In this document: positions 11,421 through 23,625 of the stretch, one piece after another | How the letters are laid out: each line of letters starts with the position of its first letter | Numbering within the stretch: the first letter of the stretch is position 1 | From: Camelus dromedarius | Lineage: Eukaryota | Reading direction: 5' to 3' | Assembly: GCF_036321535.1 (NCBI RefSeq) | Contig: NC_087436.1 | Coordinates: forward strand, 2,604,001 to 2,668,000 | DNA length: 64,000 bases | Program-made: the position numbers and the translations under genes | Notes under the pieces: model-generated | Database searches by the model: none | The model's input: the letters and a program-made list of their open reading frames with translations, nothing else | What the model was told of the DNA's origin: nothing

Positions 11421-14400
11421 ACAAAGGGAACGGGTTGCAGGAGAAACTTTTACTCTGGTTTCTCAGTCTGTTTCCTAGTGTCGGTATGAAGTTCCTGCAG
11501 TTTTCACTGTAAAACCGAGTTGGAGCTAGTACCTCTACATAAATATGTATGGAGTGGAGTTAGCAACTGAACAGAAACTTTGTGTTCCCAACAAGCTAGG
11601 TGAAGGACGGCTTTCACACACATATTTCTCTCAGAACTGAGCATGTGGAGAGACGTTCGTTCATCTAGCAGAAAGGGAACGTGTTGTAGGAGAAACTTTT
11701 ACTCTGGTTTCTCAGTCTGTTTCCTAGTGCCGGTTTGAAGTTCCTGCAGTTTTCACTGTCAAACCGAGTTGGAGCTAGTACCTCCCCATATATATGTATG
11801 GAGTGGGGTTTGCAACTGAAAAGAAACTTTGTGTTCCCAACAAGCTAGGTGAAGGACGGCTTTCACACACACTTATCTTTCACAACTGAGCATGTGGAGA
11901 GACTTTCGTTCATCTAGCACAAAGGGAACTGTTTGCAGGAGAAACTTTTACTCTGGATTCTCATTCTGTTTCCTAGTGCCGGTTTGAATTTCCTGCAGTT
12001 TTCACTATAAAACCGAGTTGGAGCTAGTACCTCCCCATATATATGTATGGAGTGGAGTTTGCAACTGAAACGAAACTTTGTGTTCCCAACAACCTAGTTG
12101 AAGGACGGCTTTCACACACACTTATCTCTCAGAACTGAGCATGTGGAGAGACGTTCGTTCATCTAGCACAAATGGAACGGGTTGCAGGAGAAACTTTTAC
12201 TCTGGTTTCTCAGTCTGTTTCCTAGTGCCTGTTTGAAGTTCCTGCAGATTTCACTGTAAAACCGAGTTGGAGCTAGTACCTCCACATAAATATGTATGGA
12301 GTGGAGTTTGCAAGTCAAAAGAAACTTTGTGTTCCCAACAAGCTAGGTGAATCACGGCTTTCACACACAATAATCTCTGAGAACTGGGCATGTGGAGAGA
12401 CTTTCGATCATCTAGCACAAAGGGAACGGGTTACAGGAGAAATTTTACTCTGGTTTCTCAGTCTATTTCCTAGTGCCGGTTTGAATTTCCTGCAGTTTTC
12501 ACTGTAAAACCGTGTTGGAGCTAGTACCTCCCCATAAATATGTATGGAGTGGTGTTTGCAACTGAACAGAAACTTTGTGTTCCCAACAAGCTAGGTGAAG
12601 GACTGCTTTCACACACATTTTTCTCTCAGAACTGAGCATGTGGAGAGACGTTCGTTCATCTAGCAGAAAGGGAACTGGTTGTAGGAGAAAGTTTTACTCT
12701 GGTTTCTCAGTCTGTTTCCTAGTGCCGGTTTGAAGTTCCTGCAGTTTTCACTGTAAAACCGAGTTGGAGCTAGTACCTCCCCATATATATGTGTGGAGTG
12801 GTGTTTGCAACCGAAAAGAAACTTTGTGTTCCCAACAAGTTAGGTGAAGGACGGCTTTCACACACAGTTATCTCTCAGAACTGAGCATGTGGAGAGACGT
12901 TCGTTCATCTAGCACAAAGGGAACTTGTTGCAGGAGAAACTTTTACTCTGGTTTCTCAGTCTGTTTCCTAGTGCCGGTTTGAAGTTCCTGCAGTTTTCAC
13001 TGTAAAAACGAGTTGGAGCTAGTACCTCCCCATAAATATATATGGAGTGGAGTTTGCAACTAAAAAGAAACTTTGTGTTCCCAACAAGCTAGGTGAAGGA
13101 CGGCTTTCACACACAATTATATCTGAGAACTGAGCATGTGGAGAGACGTTCGTTCATCTTGCACAAAGGGAACGTGTTGCAGGAGAAACTTTTACTCTGG
13201 TCTCACAGTCTGTTTCCTAGTGCCGGTTTGAAGTTCCTGCAGTTTTCACTGTCAAACCGAGTTGGAGCTAGTACCTCCCCATATATATGTATGGAGTGGA
13301 GTTTGCAACTGAAAAGAAACTTTGTGTTCCCAACAAGCTAAGTGAAGGACGGCTTTCACAGACACGAATCTCTCAGAACTGAGCATGTGGAGAGACGTTC
13401 CCTCATCTAGCACAAAGAGAACGGGTTGCAGGGAAACTTTTCTCTGGTTTCTCAGTCTGTTTCCTAGTGCCGGTTTGAAGTTCCTGCAGTTTTCACTGTA
13501 AAACCGAGTTGGAGCTAGTACCTCCCCATATATATGTATGGAGTGGAGATTGGAATTGAAGAGAAACTTTGTGTTCCCAAGAAGCTTTGTGAAAGATGGC
13601 TTTCACACACAATTATCTCTCAGAACTGAGCATGTGGAGAGACGTTCATTCATCTAGCACAAAGAGAACGGGTTGCAGGGGAAACTTTACCCTGGTTTCT
13701 CAGACTATTTCCTAGTGCCGTTTGGATGTTCCTGCAGGTTTCACTGTAAAACCGAGTTGGAGCTAGTACCTCCCCATATATATGTATGGAGTGGAGTTTG
13801 CAAATGAAAAGAAACTTTGTGTTCCCAGAAGCTAGGTGAAGGACGGCTTTCACACACATTTTTCTCTCAGAACTGAGCATGTGGAGAGACGTTCGTTCAT
13901 CTAGCAGAAAGGGAACGGTTTGTAGGAGAAACTTTTACTCTGGTTTCTCAGTCTGTTTCCTAGTGCCGGTTTGAAATTCCTGCAGTTTTCACTGTAAAAC
14001 CGAGTTGGAGCTAGTACCTACCCATATGTAAGTATGGAGTGGTGTTTTCAACTGAAAAGAAACTTTGTGTTCCCAACAAGTTAGGTGAAGGACGGCTTTC
14101 ACACACACTTATCTCTGAGAACTGAGCATGTGGAGAGACGTTCGTTTATCTAGCACAAAGGGAACGGGTTGCAGGAGAAACTTTTACTCTGGTCTCTCAG
14201 TCTGTTTCCTAGTGCCTGTTTGAAGTTCCTGCAGATTTCACTGTAAAACCGATTTGGAGCTAGTACCTCCACATAAATATGTATGGAGTGGAGTTTGCAA
14301 GTGAAAAGAAACTTTGTGTTCCCAACAAGCTAGGTGAATTACGGCTTTCACACACACTTATCTCTGAGAACTGAGCATGTGGAGAGATTTTCGTTCATCT

Positions 14401-17400
14401 AGCACAAAGGGAACGTGTTACAGGAGAAACTTTTACTGTGGTTTCTCAGTCTATTTCCTAGTGCCGGTTTGAAGTTCCTGCAGTTTTCACTGTAAAACCG
14501 AGTTGGAGCTTGTACCTCCCCATAAATATATATGGAGTGGAGTTTGCAACTGAAAAGAAACTTTGTGTTCCCAACAAGCTAGGTGAAGGACGGCTTTCAC
14601 ACACACTTATCTCTGAGAACTGAGCATGTGGAGAGACGTTCGTTCATCTAGCACAAAGGGAACGGGTTGCCGGAGAAACTTTGACTCTGGTCTCTCAGTC
14701 TGTTTCCTAGTGCCGGTTTGAAGTTCCTGCAGTTTTCACTGTCAAACCGAGATGGAGATAGTACCTCCCCATATATATGTATGGATTGGAGTTTGCAAAT
14801 GAAAAGAAACTTTGTGTTCCCAAAAGCTAGGTGAAGGACGGCTTTCACACACACTTATCTCTCAGAACTGAGCATGTGGAGAGACGTTCGTTCATCTAGC
14901 ACAAAGGGAATGGGTTGCAGGAGAAACTTTTACTCTGGTTTCTCAGTCTGTTTCCTAGTGCCGGTTTGAAGTTCCTGCAGTTTTCACTGTAAAACCGAGT
15001 TGGAGCTAGTACCTCCCCATAAATATATATGGAGTGGAGTTTGCAACTGAAAAGAAACTTTGTGTTCCCAACAAGCTAAGTGAAGGACGGCTTTCACACA
15101 CACTTATCTATGAGAACTGAGCATGTGGAGAGACGTTCGTTCATCTAGCACAAAGGGAACGTGTTGCAGGAGAAACTTTTACTCTGGTCTCTCAGTCTGT
15201 TTCCTAGTGCCGGTTTGAAGTTCCTGCATTTTTCACTGTCAAACCGAGTTGGAGCTAGTACCACCCCATATATATGTATGGAGTGGAGTTTGCAACTGAA
15301 AAGAAACTTTGTGTTCCCAAGAAGCTAGGTGAAGGACGGCTTTCAAACACACTTATCTCTCAGAACTGAGCATGTGGAGAGACGTTCCCTCATCTAGCAC
15401 AAAGAGAACGGGTTGCAGGAGAAACTTTTCTCTCATTTCTCAGTCTATTTCCTAGTGCCGGTTAGAAGTTCCTGCATGTTTCACTGTAAAACCGAGTTGG
15501 AGCTTGTACTTCCGCATATATATTTATGGAGTGGAGCTTGCAACTGAAAAGAAACTTTGTGTTCCCAACAAGCTAGGTGAAGAACGGCTTTCACACACAC
15601 ATATATCTCAGAACTGAGCATGTGGAGAGACGTTCGTTCATCTAGCACAAAGGGAACTGGTTGCAGGAGAAACTTTTACTCTGGTTTCTCAGTATGTTTC
15701 CTGTTGCCGCTTTGAAGTTCCTGCAGTTTTCACTGTAAAAAAGAGTTGGAGCTAGTACCTCCCCATATATATGTACGGAGTGGAGATTGCAATTGAAGAG
15801 AAAATTTGTGCTCCCAACAAGCTATGTGAAGGACGGCTTTCACACACAGTTAACTCTCAGAACTGAGCATGTGGAAGGACGTTCATTCATCTAGCACAAA
15901 GAGAACGGTTTGCAGGGGATAGTTTTACTCTGGTTTCTCAGACTATTTCCTAGTGCCGTTTTGAAGTTCGTTTAGTTTTCACTGTAAAACCGAGTTGGTG
16001 CTAGTACCACCCCATATATATGTATGTAGTGGAGTTTGCAACTGAAAAGAATCTTTGAGTTCCAATCAAGCTAGGTGAAGGACGGCTTTCACACACACTT
16101 ATCTCTCAGAACTGAGCATGTGGAGAGACGTTCGTTCATCTAGCACAAAGGGAACGGGTTGCAGGAGAAACTTTTACTCTGGTTTCTCAGTCTGTTTCCT
16201 AGTGTCGGTATGAAGTTCCTGCAGTTTTCACTGTAAAACCGAGTTGGAGCTAGTACCTCTACATAAATATGTATGGAGTGGAGTTAGCAACTGAACAGAA
16301 ACTTTGTGTTCCCAACAAGCTAGGTGAAGGACGGCTTTCACACACATATTTCTCTCAGAACTGAGCATGTGGAGAGACGTTCGTTCATCTAGCAGAAAGG
16401 GAACGTGTTGTAGGAGAAACTTTTACTCTGGTTTCTCAGTCTGTTTCCTAGTGCCGGTTTGAAGTTCCTGCAGTTTTCACTGTCAAACCGAGTTGGAGCT
16501 AGTACCTCCCCATATATATGTATGGAGTGGGGTTTGCAACTGAAAAGAAACTTTGTGTTCCCAACAAGCTAGGTGAAGGACGGCTTTCACACACACTTAT
16601 CTTTCACAACTGAGCATGTGGAGAGACTTTCGTTCATCTAGCACAAAGGGAACTGTTTGCAGGAGAAACTTTTACTCTGGATTCTCATTCTGTTTCCTAG
16701 TGCCGGTTTGAATTTCCTGCAGTTTTCACTATAAAACCGAGTTGGAGCTAGTACCTCCCCATATATATGTATGGAGTGGAGTTTGCAACTGAAACGAAAC
16801 TTTGTGTTCCCAACAACCTAGTTGAAGGACGGCTTTCACACACACTTATCTCTCAGAACTGAGCATGTGGAGAGACGTTCGTTCATCTAGCACAAATGGA
16901 ACGGGTTGCAGGAGAAACTTTTACTCTGGTTTCTCAGTCTGTTTCCTAGTGCCTGTTTGAAGTTCCTGCAGATTTCACTGTAAAACCGAGTTGGAGCTAG
17001 TACCTCCACATAAATATGTATGGAGTGGAGTTTGCAAGTCAAAAGAAACTTTGTGTTCCCAACAAGCTAGGTGAATCACGGCTTTCACACACAATAATCT
17101 CTGAGAACTGGGCATGTGGAGAGACTTTCGATCATCTAGCACAAAGGGAACGGGTTACAGGAGAAATTTTACTCTGGTTTCTCAGTCTATTTCCTAGTGC
17201 CGGTTTGAATTTCCTGCAGTTTTCACTGTAAAACCGTGTTGGAGCTAGTACCTCCCCATAAATATGTATGGAGTGGTGTTTGCAACTGAACAGAAACTTT
17301 GTGTTCCCAACAAGCTAGGTGAAGGACTGCTTTCACACACATTTTTCTCTCAGAACTGAGCATGTGGAGAGACGTTCGTTCATCTAGCAGAAAGGGAACT

Positions 17401-20400
17401 GGTTGTAGGAGAAAGTTTTACTCTGGTTTCTCAGTCTGTTTCCTAGTGCCGGTTTGAAGTTCCTGCAGTTTTCACTGTAAAACCGAGTTGGAGCTAGTAC
17501 CTCCCCATATATATGTGTGGAGTGGTGTTTGCAACCGAAAAGAAACTTTGTGTTCCCAACAAGTTAGGTGAAGGACGGCTTTCACACACAGTTATCTCTC
17601 AGAACTGAGCATGTGGAGAGACGTTCGTTCATCTAGCACAAAGGGAACTTGTTGCAGGAGAAACTTTTACTCTGGTTTCTCAGTCTGTTTCCTAGTGCCG
17701 GTTTGAAGTTCCTGCAGTTTTCACTGTAAAAACGAGTTGGAGCTAGTACCTCCCCATAAATATATATGGAGTGGAGTTTGCAACTAAAAAGAAACTTTGT
17801 GTTCCCAACAAGCTAGGTGAAGGACGGCTTTCACACACAATTATATCTGAGAACTGAGCATGTGGAGAGACGTTCGTTCATCTTGCACAAAGGGAACGTG
17901 TTGCAGGAGAAACTTTTACTCTGGTCTCACAGTCTGTTTCCTAGTGCCGGTTTGAAGTTCCTGCAGTTTTCACTGTCAAACCGAGTTGGAGCTAGTACCT
18001 CCCCATATATATGTATGGAGTGGAGTTTGCAACTGAAAAGAAACTTTGTGTTCCCAACAAGCTAAGTGAAGGACGGCTTTCACAGACACGAATCTCTCAG
18101 AACTGAGCATGTGGAGAGACGTTCCCTCATCTAGCACAAAGAGAACGGGTTGCAGGGAAACTTTTCTCTGGTTTCTCAGTCTGTTTCCTAGTGCCGGTTT
18201 GAAGTTCCTGCAGTTTTCACTGTAAAACCGAGTTGGAGCTAGTACCTCCCCATATATATGTATGGAGTGGGGATTGCAATTGAAGAGAAACTTTGTGTTC
18301 CCAAGAAGCTTTGTGAAAGATGGCTTTCACACACAATTATCTCTCAGAACTGAGCATGTGGAGAGACGTTCATTCATCTAGCACAAAGAGAACGGGTTGC
18401 AGGGGAAACTTTACCCTGGTTTCTCAGACTATTTCCTAGTGCCGTTTGGATGTTCCTGCAGGTTTCACTGTAAAACCGAGTTGGAGCTAGTACCTCCCCA
18501 TATATATGTATGGAGTGGAGTTTGCAAATGAAAAGAAACTTTGTGTTCCCAGAAGCTAGGTGAAGGACGGCTTTCACACACATTTTTCTCTCAGAACTGA
18601 GCATGTGGAGAGACGTTCGTTCATCTAGCAGAAAGGGAACGGTTTGTAGGAGAAACTTTTACTCTGGTTTCTCAGTCTGTTTCCTAGTGCCGGTTTGAAA
18701 TTCCTGCAGTTTTCACTGTAAAACCGAGTTGGAGCTAGTACCTACCCATATGTAAGTATGGAGTGGTGTTTTCAACTGAAAAGAAACTTTGTGTTCCCAA
18801 CAAGTTAGGTGAAGGACGGCTTTCACACACACTTATCTCTGAGAACTGAGCATGTGGAGAGACGTTCGTTTATCTAGCACAAAGGGAACGGGTTGCAGGA
18901 GAAACTTTTACTCTGGTCTCTCAGTCTGTTTCCTAGTGCCTGTTTGAAGTTCCTGCAGATTTCACTGTAAAACCGATTTGGAGCTAGTACCTCCACATAA
19001 ATATGTATGGAGTGGAGTTTGCAAGTGAAAAGAAACTTTGTGTTCCCAACAAGCTAGGTGAATTACGGCTTTCACACACACTTATCTCTGAGAACTGAGC
19101 ATGTGGAGAGATTTTCGTTCATCTAGCACAAAGGGAACGTGTTACAGGAGAAACTTTTACTGTGGTTTCTCAGTCTATTTCCTAGTGCCGGTTTGAAGTT
19201 CCTGCAGTTTTCACTGTAAAACCGAGTTGGAGCTTGTACCTCCCCATAAATATATATGGAATGGAGTTTGCAACTGAAAAGAAACTTTGTGTTCCCAACA
19301 AGCTAGGTGAAGGACGGCTTTCACACACACTTATCTCTGAGAACTGAGCATGTGGAGAGACGTTCGTTCATCTAGCACAAAGGGAACGGGTTGCCGGAGA
19401 AACTTTGACTCTGGTCTCTCAGTCTGTTTCCTAGTGCCGGTTTGAAGTTCCTGCAGTTTTCACTGTCAAACCGAGATGGAGCTAGTACCTCCCCATATAT
19501 ATGTATGGATTGGAGTTTGCAAATGAAAAGAAACTTTGTGTTCCCAAAAGCTAGGTGAAGGACGGCTTTCACACACACTTATCTCTCAGAACTGAGCATG
19601 TGGAGAGACGTTCGTTCATCTAGCACAAAGGGAATGGGTTGCAGGAGAAACTTTTACTCTGGTTTCTCAGTCTGTTTCCTAGTGCCGGTTTGAAGTTCCT
19701 GCAGTTTTCACTGTAAAACCGAGTTGGAGCTAGTACCTCCCCATAAATATATATGGAGTGGAGTTTGCAACTGAAAAGAAACTTTGTGTTCCCAACAAGC
19801 TAAGTGAAGGACGGCTTTCACACACACTTATCTATGAGAACTGAGCATGTGGAGAGACGTTCGTTCATCTAGCACAAAGGGAACGTGTTGCAGGAGAAAC
19901 TTTTACTCTGGTCTCTCAGTCTGTTTCCTAGTGCCGGTTTGAAGTTCCTGCATTTTTCACTGTCAAACCGAGTTGGAGCTAGTACCACCCCATATATATG
20001 TATGGAGTGGAGTTTGCAACTGAAAAGAAACTTTGTGTTCCCAAGAAGCTAGGTGAAGGACGGCTTTCAAACACACTTATCTCTCAGAACTGAGCATGTG
20101 GAGAGACGTTCCCTCATCTAGCACAAAGAGAACGGGTTGCAGGAGAAACTTTTCTCTCATTTCTCAGTCTATTTCCTAGTGCCGGTTAGAAGTTCCTGCA
20201 TGTTTCACTGTAAAACCGAGTTGGAGCTTGTACTTCCGCATATATATTTATGGAGTGGAGCTTGCAACTGAAAAGAAACTTTGTGTTCCCAACAAGCTAG
20301 GTGAAGAACGGCTTTCACACACACATATATCTCAGAACTGAGCATGTGGAGAGACGTTCGTTCATCTAGCACAAAGGGAACTGGTTGCAGGAGAAACTTT

Positions 20401-23400
20401 TACTCTGGTTTCTCAGTATGTTTCCTGTTGCCGCTTTGAAGTTCCTGCAGTTTTCACTGTAAAAAAGAGTTGGAGCTAGTACCTCCCCATATATATGTAC
20501 GGAGTGGAGATTGCAATTGAAGAGAAAATTTGTGCTCCCAACAAGCTATGTGAAGGACGGCTTTCACACACAGTTAACTCTCAGAACTGAGCATGTGGAA
20601 GGACGTTCATTCATCTAGCACAAAGAGAACGGTTTGCAGGGGATAGTTTTACTCTGGTTTCTCAGACTATTTCCTAGTGCCGTTTTGAAGTTCGTTTAGT
20701 TTTCACTGTAAAACCGAGTTGGTGCTAGTACCACCCCATATATATGTATGTAGTGGAGTTTGCAACTGAAAAGAATCTTTGAGTTCCAATCAAGCTAGGT
20801 GAAGGACGGCTTTCACACACACTTATCTCTCAGAACTGAGCATGTGGAGAGACGTTCGTTCATCTAGCACAAAGGGAACGGGTTGCAGGAGAAACTTTTA
20901 CTCTGGTTTCTCAGTCTGTTTCCTAGTGTCGGTATGAAGTTCCTGCAGTTTTCACGGTAAAACCGAGTTGGAGCTAGTACCTCTACATAAATATGTATGG
21001 AGTGGAGTTAGCAACTGAACAGAAACTTTGTGTTCCCAACAAGCTAGGTGAAGGACGGCTTTCACACACATATTTCTCTCAGAACTGAGCATGTGGAGAG
21101 ACGTTCGTTCATCTAGCAGAAAGGGAACGTGTTGTAGGAGAAACTTTTACTCTGGTTTCTCAGTCTGTTTCCTAGTGCCGGTTTGAAGTTCCTGCAGTTT
21201 TCACTGTCAAACCGAGTTGGAGCTAGTACCTCCCCATATATATGTATGGAGTGGGGTTTGCAACTGAAAAGAAACTTTGTGTTCCCAACAAGCTAGGTGA
21301 AGGACGGCTTTCACACACACTTATCTTTCACAACTGAGCATGTGGAGAGACTTTCGTTCATCTAGCACAAAGGGAACTGTTTGCAGGAGAAACTTTTACT
21401 CTGGATTCTCATTCTGTTTCCTAGTGCCGGTTTGAATTTCCTGCAGTTTTCACTATAAAACCGAGTTGGAGCTAGTACCTCCCCATATATATGTATGGAG
21501 TGGAGTTTGCAACTGAAACGAAACTTTGTGTTCCCAACAACCTAGTTGAAGGACGGCTTTCACACACACTTATCTCTCAGAACTGAGCATGTGGAGAGAC
21601 GTTCGTTCATCTAGCACAAATGGAACGGGTTGCAGGAGAAACTTTTACTCTGGTTTCTCAGTCTGTTTCCTAGTGCCTGTTTGAAGTTCCTGCAGATTTC
21701 ACTGTAAAACCGAGTTGGAGCTAGTACCTCCACATAAATATGTATGGAGTGGAGTTTGCAAGTCAAAAGAAACTTTGTGTTCCCAACAAGCTAGGTGAAT
21801 CACGGCTTTCACACACAATAATCTCTGAGAACTGGGCATGTGGAGAGACTTTCGATCATCTAGCACAAAGGGAACGGGTTACAGGAGAAATTTTACTCTG
21901 GTTTCTCAGTCTATTTCCTAGTGCCGGTTTGAATTTCCTGCAGTTTTCACTGTAAAACCGTGTTGGAGCTAGTACCTCCCCATAAATATGTATGGAGTGG
22001 TGTTTGCAACTGAACAGAAACTTTGTGTTCCCAACAAGCTAGGTGAAGGACTGCTTTCACACACATTTTTCTCTCAGAACTGAGCATGTGGAGAGACGTT
22101 CGTTCATCTAGCAGAAAGGGAACTGGTTGTAGGAGAAAGTTTTACTCTGGTTTCTCAGTCTGTTTCCTAGTGCCGGTTTGAAGTTCCTGCAGTTTTCACT
22201 GTAAAACCGAGTTGGAGCTAGTACCTCCCCATATATATGTGTGGAGTGGTGTTTGCAACCGAAAAGAAACTTTGTGTTCCCAACAAGTTAGGTGAAGGAC
22301 GGCTTTCACACACAGTTATCTCTCAGAACTGAGCATGTGGAGAGACGTTCGTTCATCTAGCACAAAGGGAACTTGTTGCAGGAGAAACTTTTACTCTGGT
22401 TTCTCAGTCTGTTTCCTAGTGCCGGTTTGAAGTTCCTGCAGTTTTCACTGTAAAAACGAGTTGGAGCTAGTACCTCCCCATAAATATATATGGAGTGGAG
22501 TTTGCAACTAAAAAGAAACTTTGTGTTCCCAACAAGCTAGGTGAAGGACGGCTTTCACACACAATTATATCTGAGAACTGAGCATGTGGAGAGACGTTCG
22601 TTCATCTTGCACAAAGGGAACGTGTTGCAGGAGAAACTTTTACTCTGGTCTCACAGTCTGTTTCCTAGTGCCGGTTTGAAGTTCCTGCAGTTTTCACTGT
22701 CAAACCGAGTTGGAGCTAGTACCTCCCCATATATATGTATGGAGTGGAGTTTGCAACTGAAAAGAAACTTTGTGTTCCCAACAAGCTAAGTGAAGGACGG
22801 CTTTCACAGACACGAATCTCTCAGAACTGAGCATGTGGAGAGACGTTCCCTCATCTAGCACAAAGAGAACGGGTTGCAGGGAAACTTTTCTCTGGTTTCT
22901 CAGTCTGTTTCCTAGTGCCGGTTTGAAGTTCCTGCAGTTTTCACTGTAAAACCGAGTTGGAGCTAGTACCTCCCCATATATATGTATGGAGTGGGGATTG
23001 CAATTGAAGAGAAACTTTGTGTTCCCAAGAAGCTTTGTGAAAGATGGCTTTCACACACAATTATCTCTCAGAACTGAGCATGTGGAGAGACGTTCATTCA
23101 TCTAGCACAAAGAGAACGGGTTGCAGGGGAAACTTTACCCTGGTTTCTCAGACTATTTCCTAGTGCCGTTTGGATGTTCCTGCAGGTTTCACTGTAAAAC
23201 CGAGTTGGAGCTAGTACCTCCCCATATATATGTATGGAGTGGAGTTTGCAAATGAAAAGAAACTTTGTGTTCCCAGAAGCTAGGTGAAGGACGGCTTTCA
23301 CACACATTTTTCTCTCAGAACTGAGCATGTGGAGAGACGTTCGTTCATCTAGCAGAAAGGGAACGGTTTGTAGGAGAAACTTTTACTCTGGTTTCTCAGT

Positions 23401-23595
23401 CTGTTTCCTAGTGCCGGTTTGAAATTCCTGCAGTTTTCACTGTAAAACCGAGTTGGAGCTAGTACCTACCCATATGTAAGTATGGAGTGGTGTTTTCAAC
23501 TGAAAAGAAACTTTGTGTTCCCAACAAGTTAGGTGAAGGACGGCTTTCACACACACTTATCTCTGAGAACTGAGCATGTGGAGAGACGTTCGTTC
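9424..23595 (+). repeat. 19-mer higher-order repeat, 4724-bp unit, three tandem copies
   Basis: Equivalent monomer starts are at 9454, 14178 and 18902. ORF triplets 12292/17016/21740, 13093/17817/22541 and 13650/18374/23098 are each spaced by exactly 4724. Only a handful of SNPs separate the copies. Confidence 0.97.
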
Positions 23596-23625
23596 ATCTA
23601 GCACAAAGGGAACGGGTTGCAGGAG

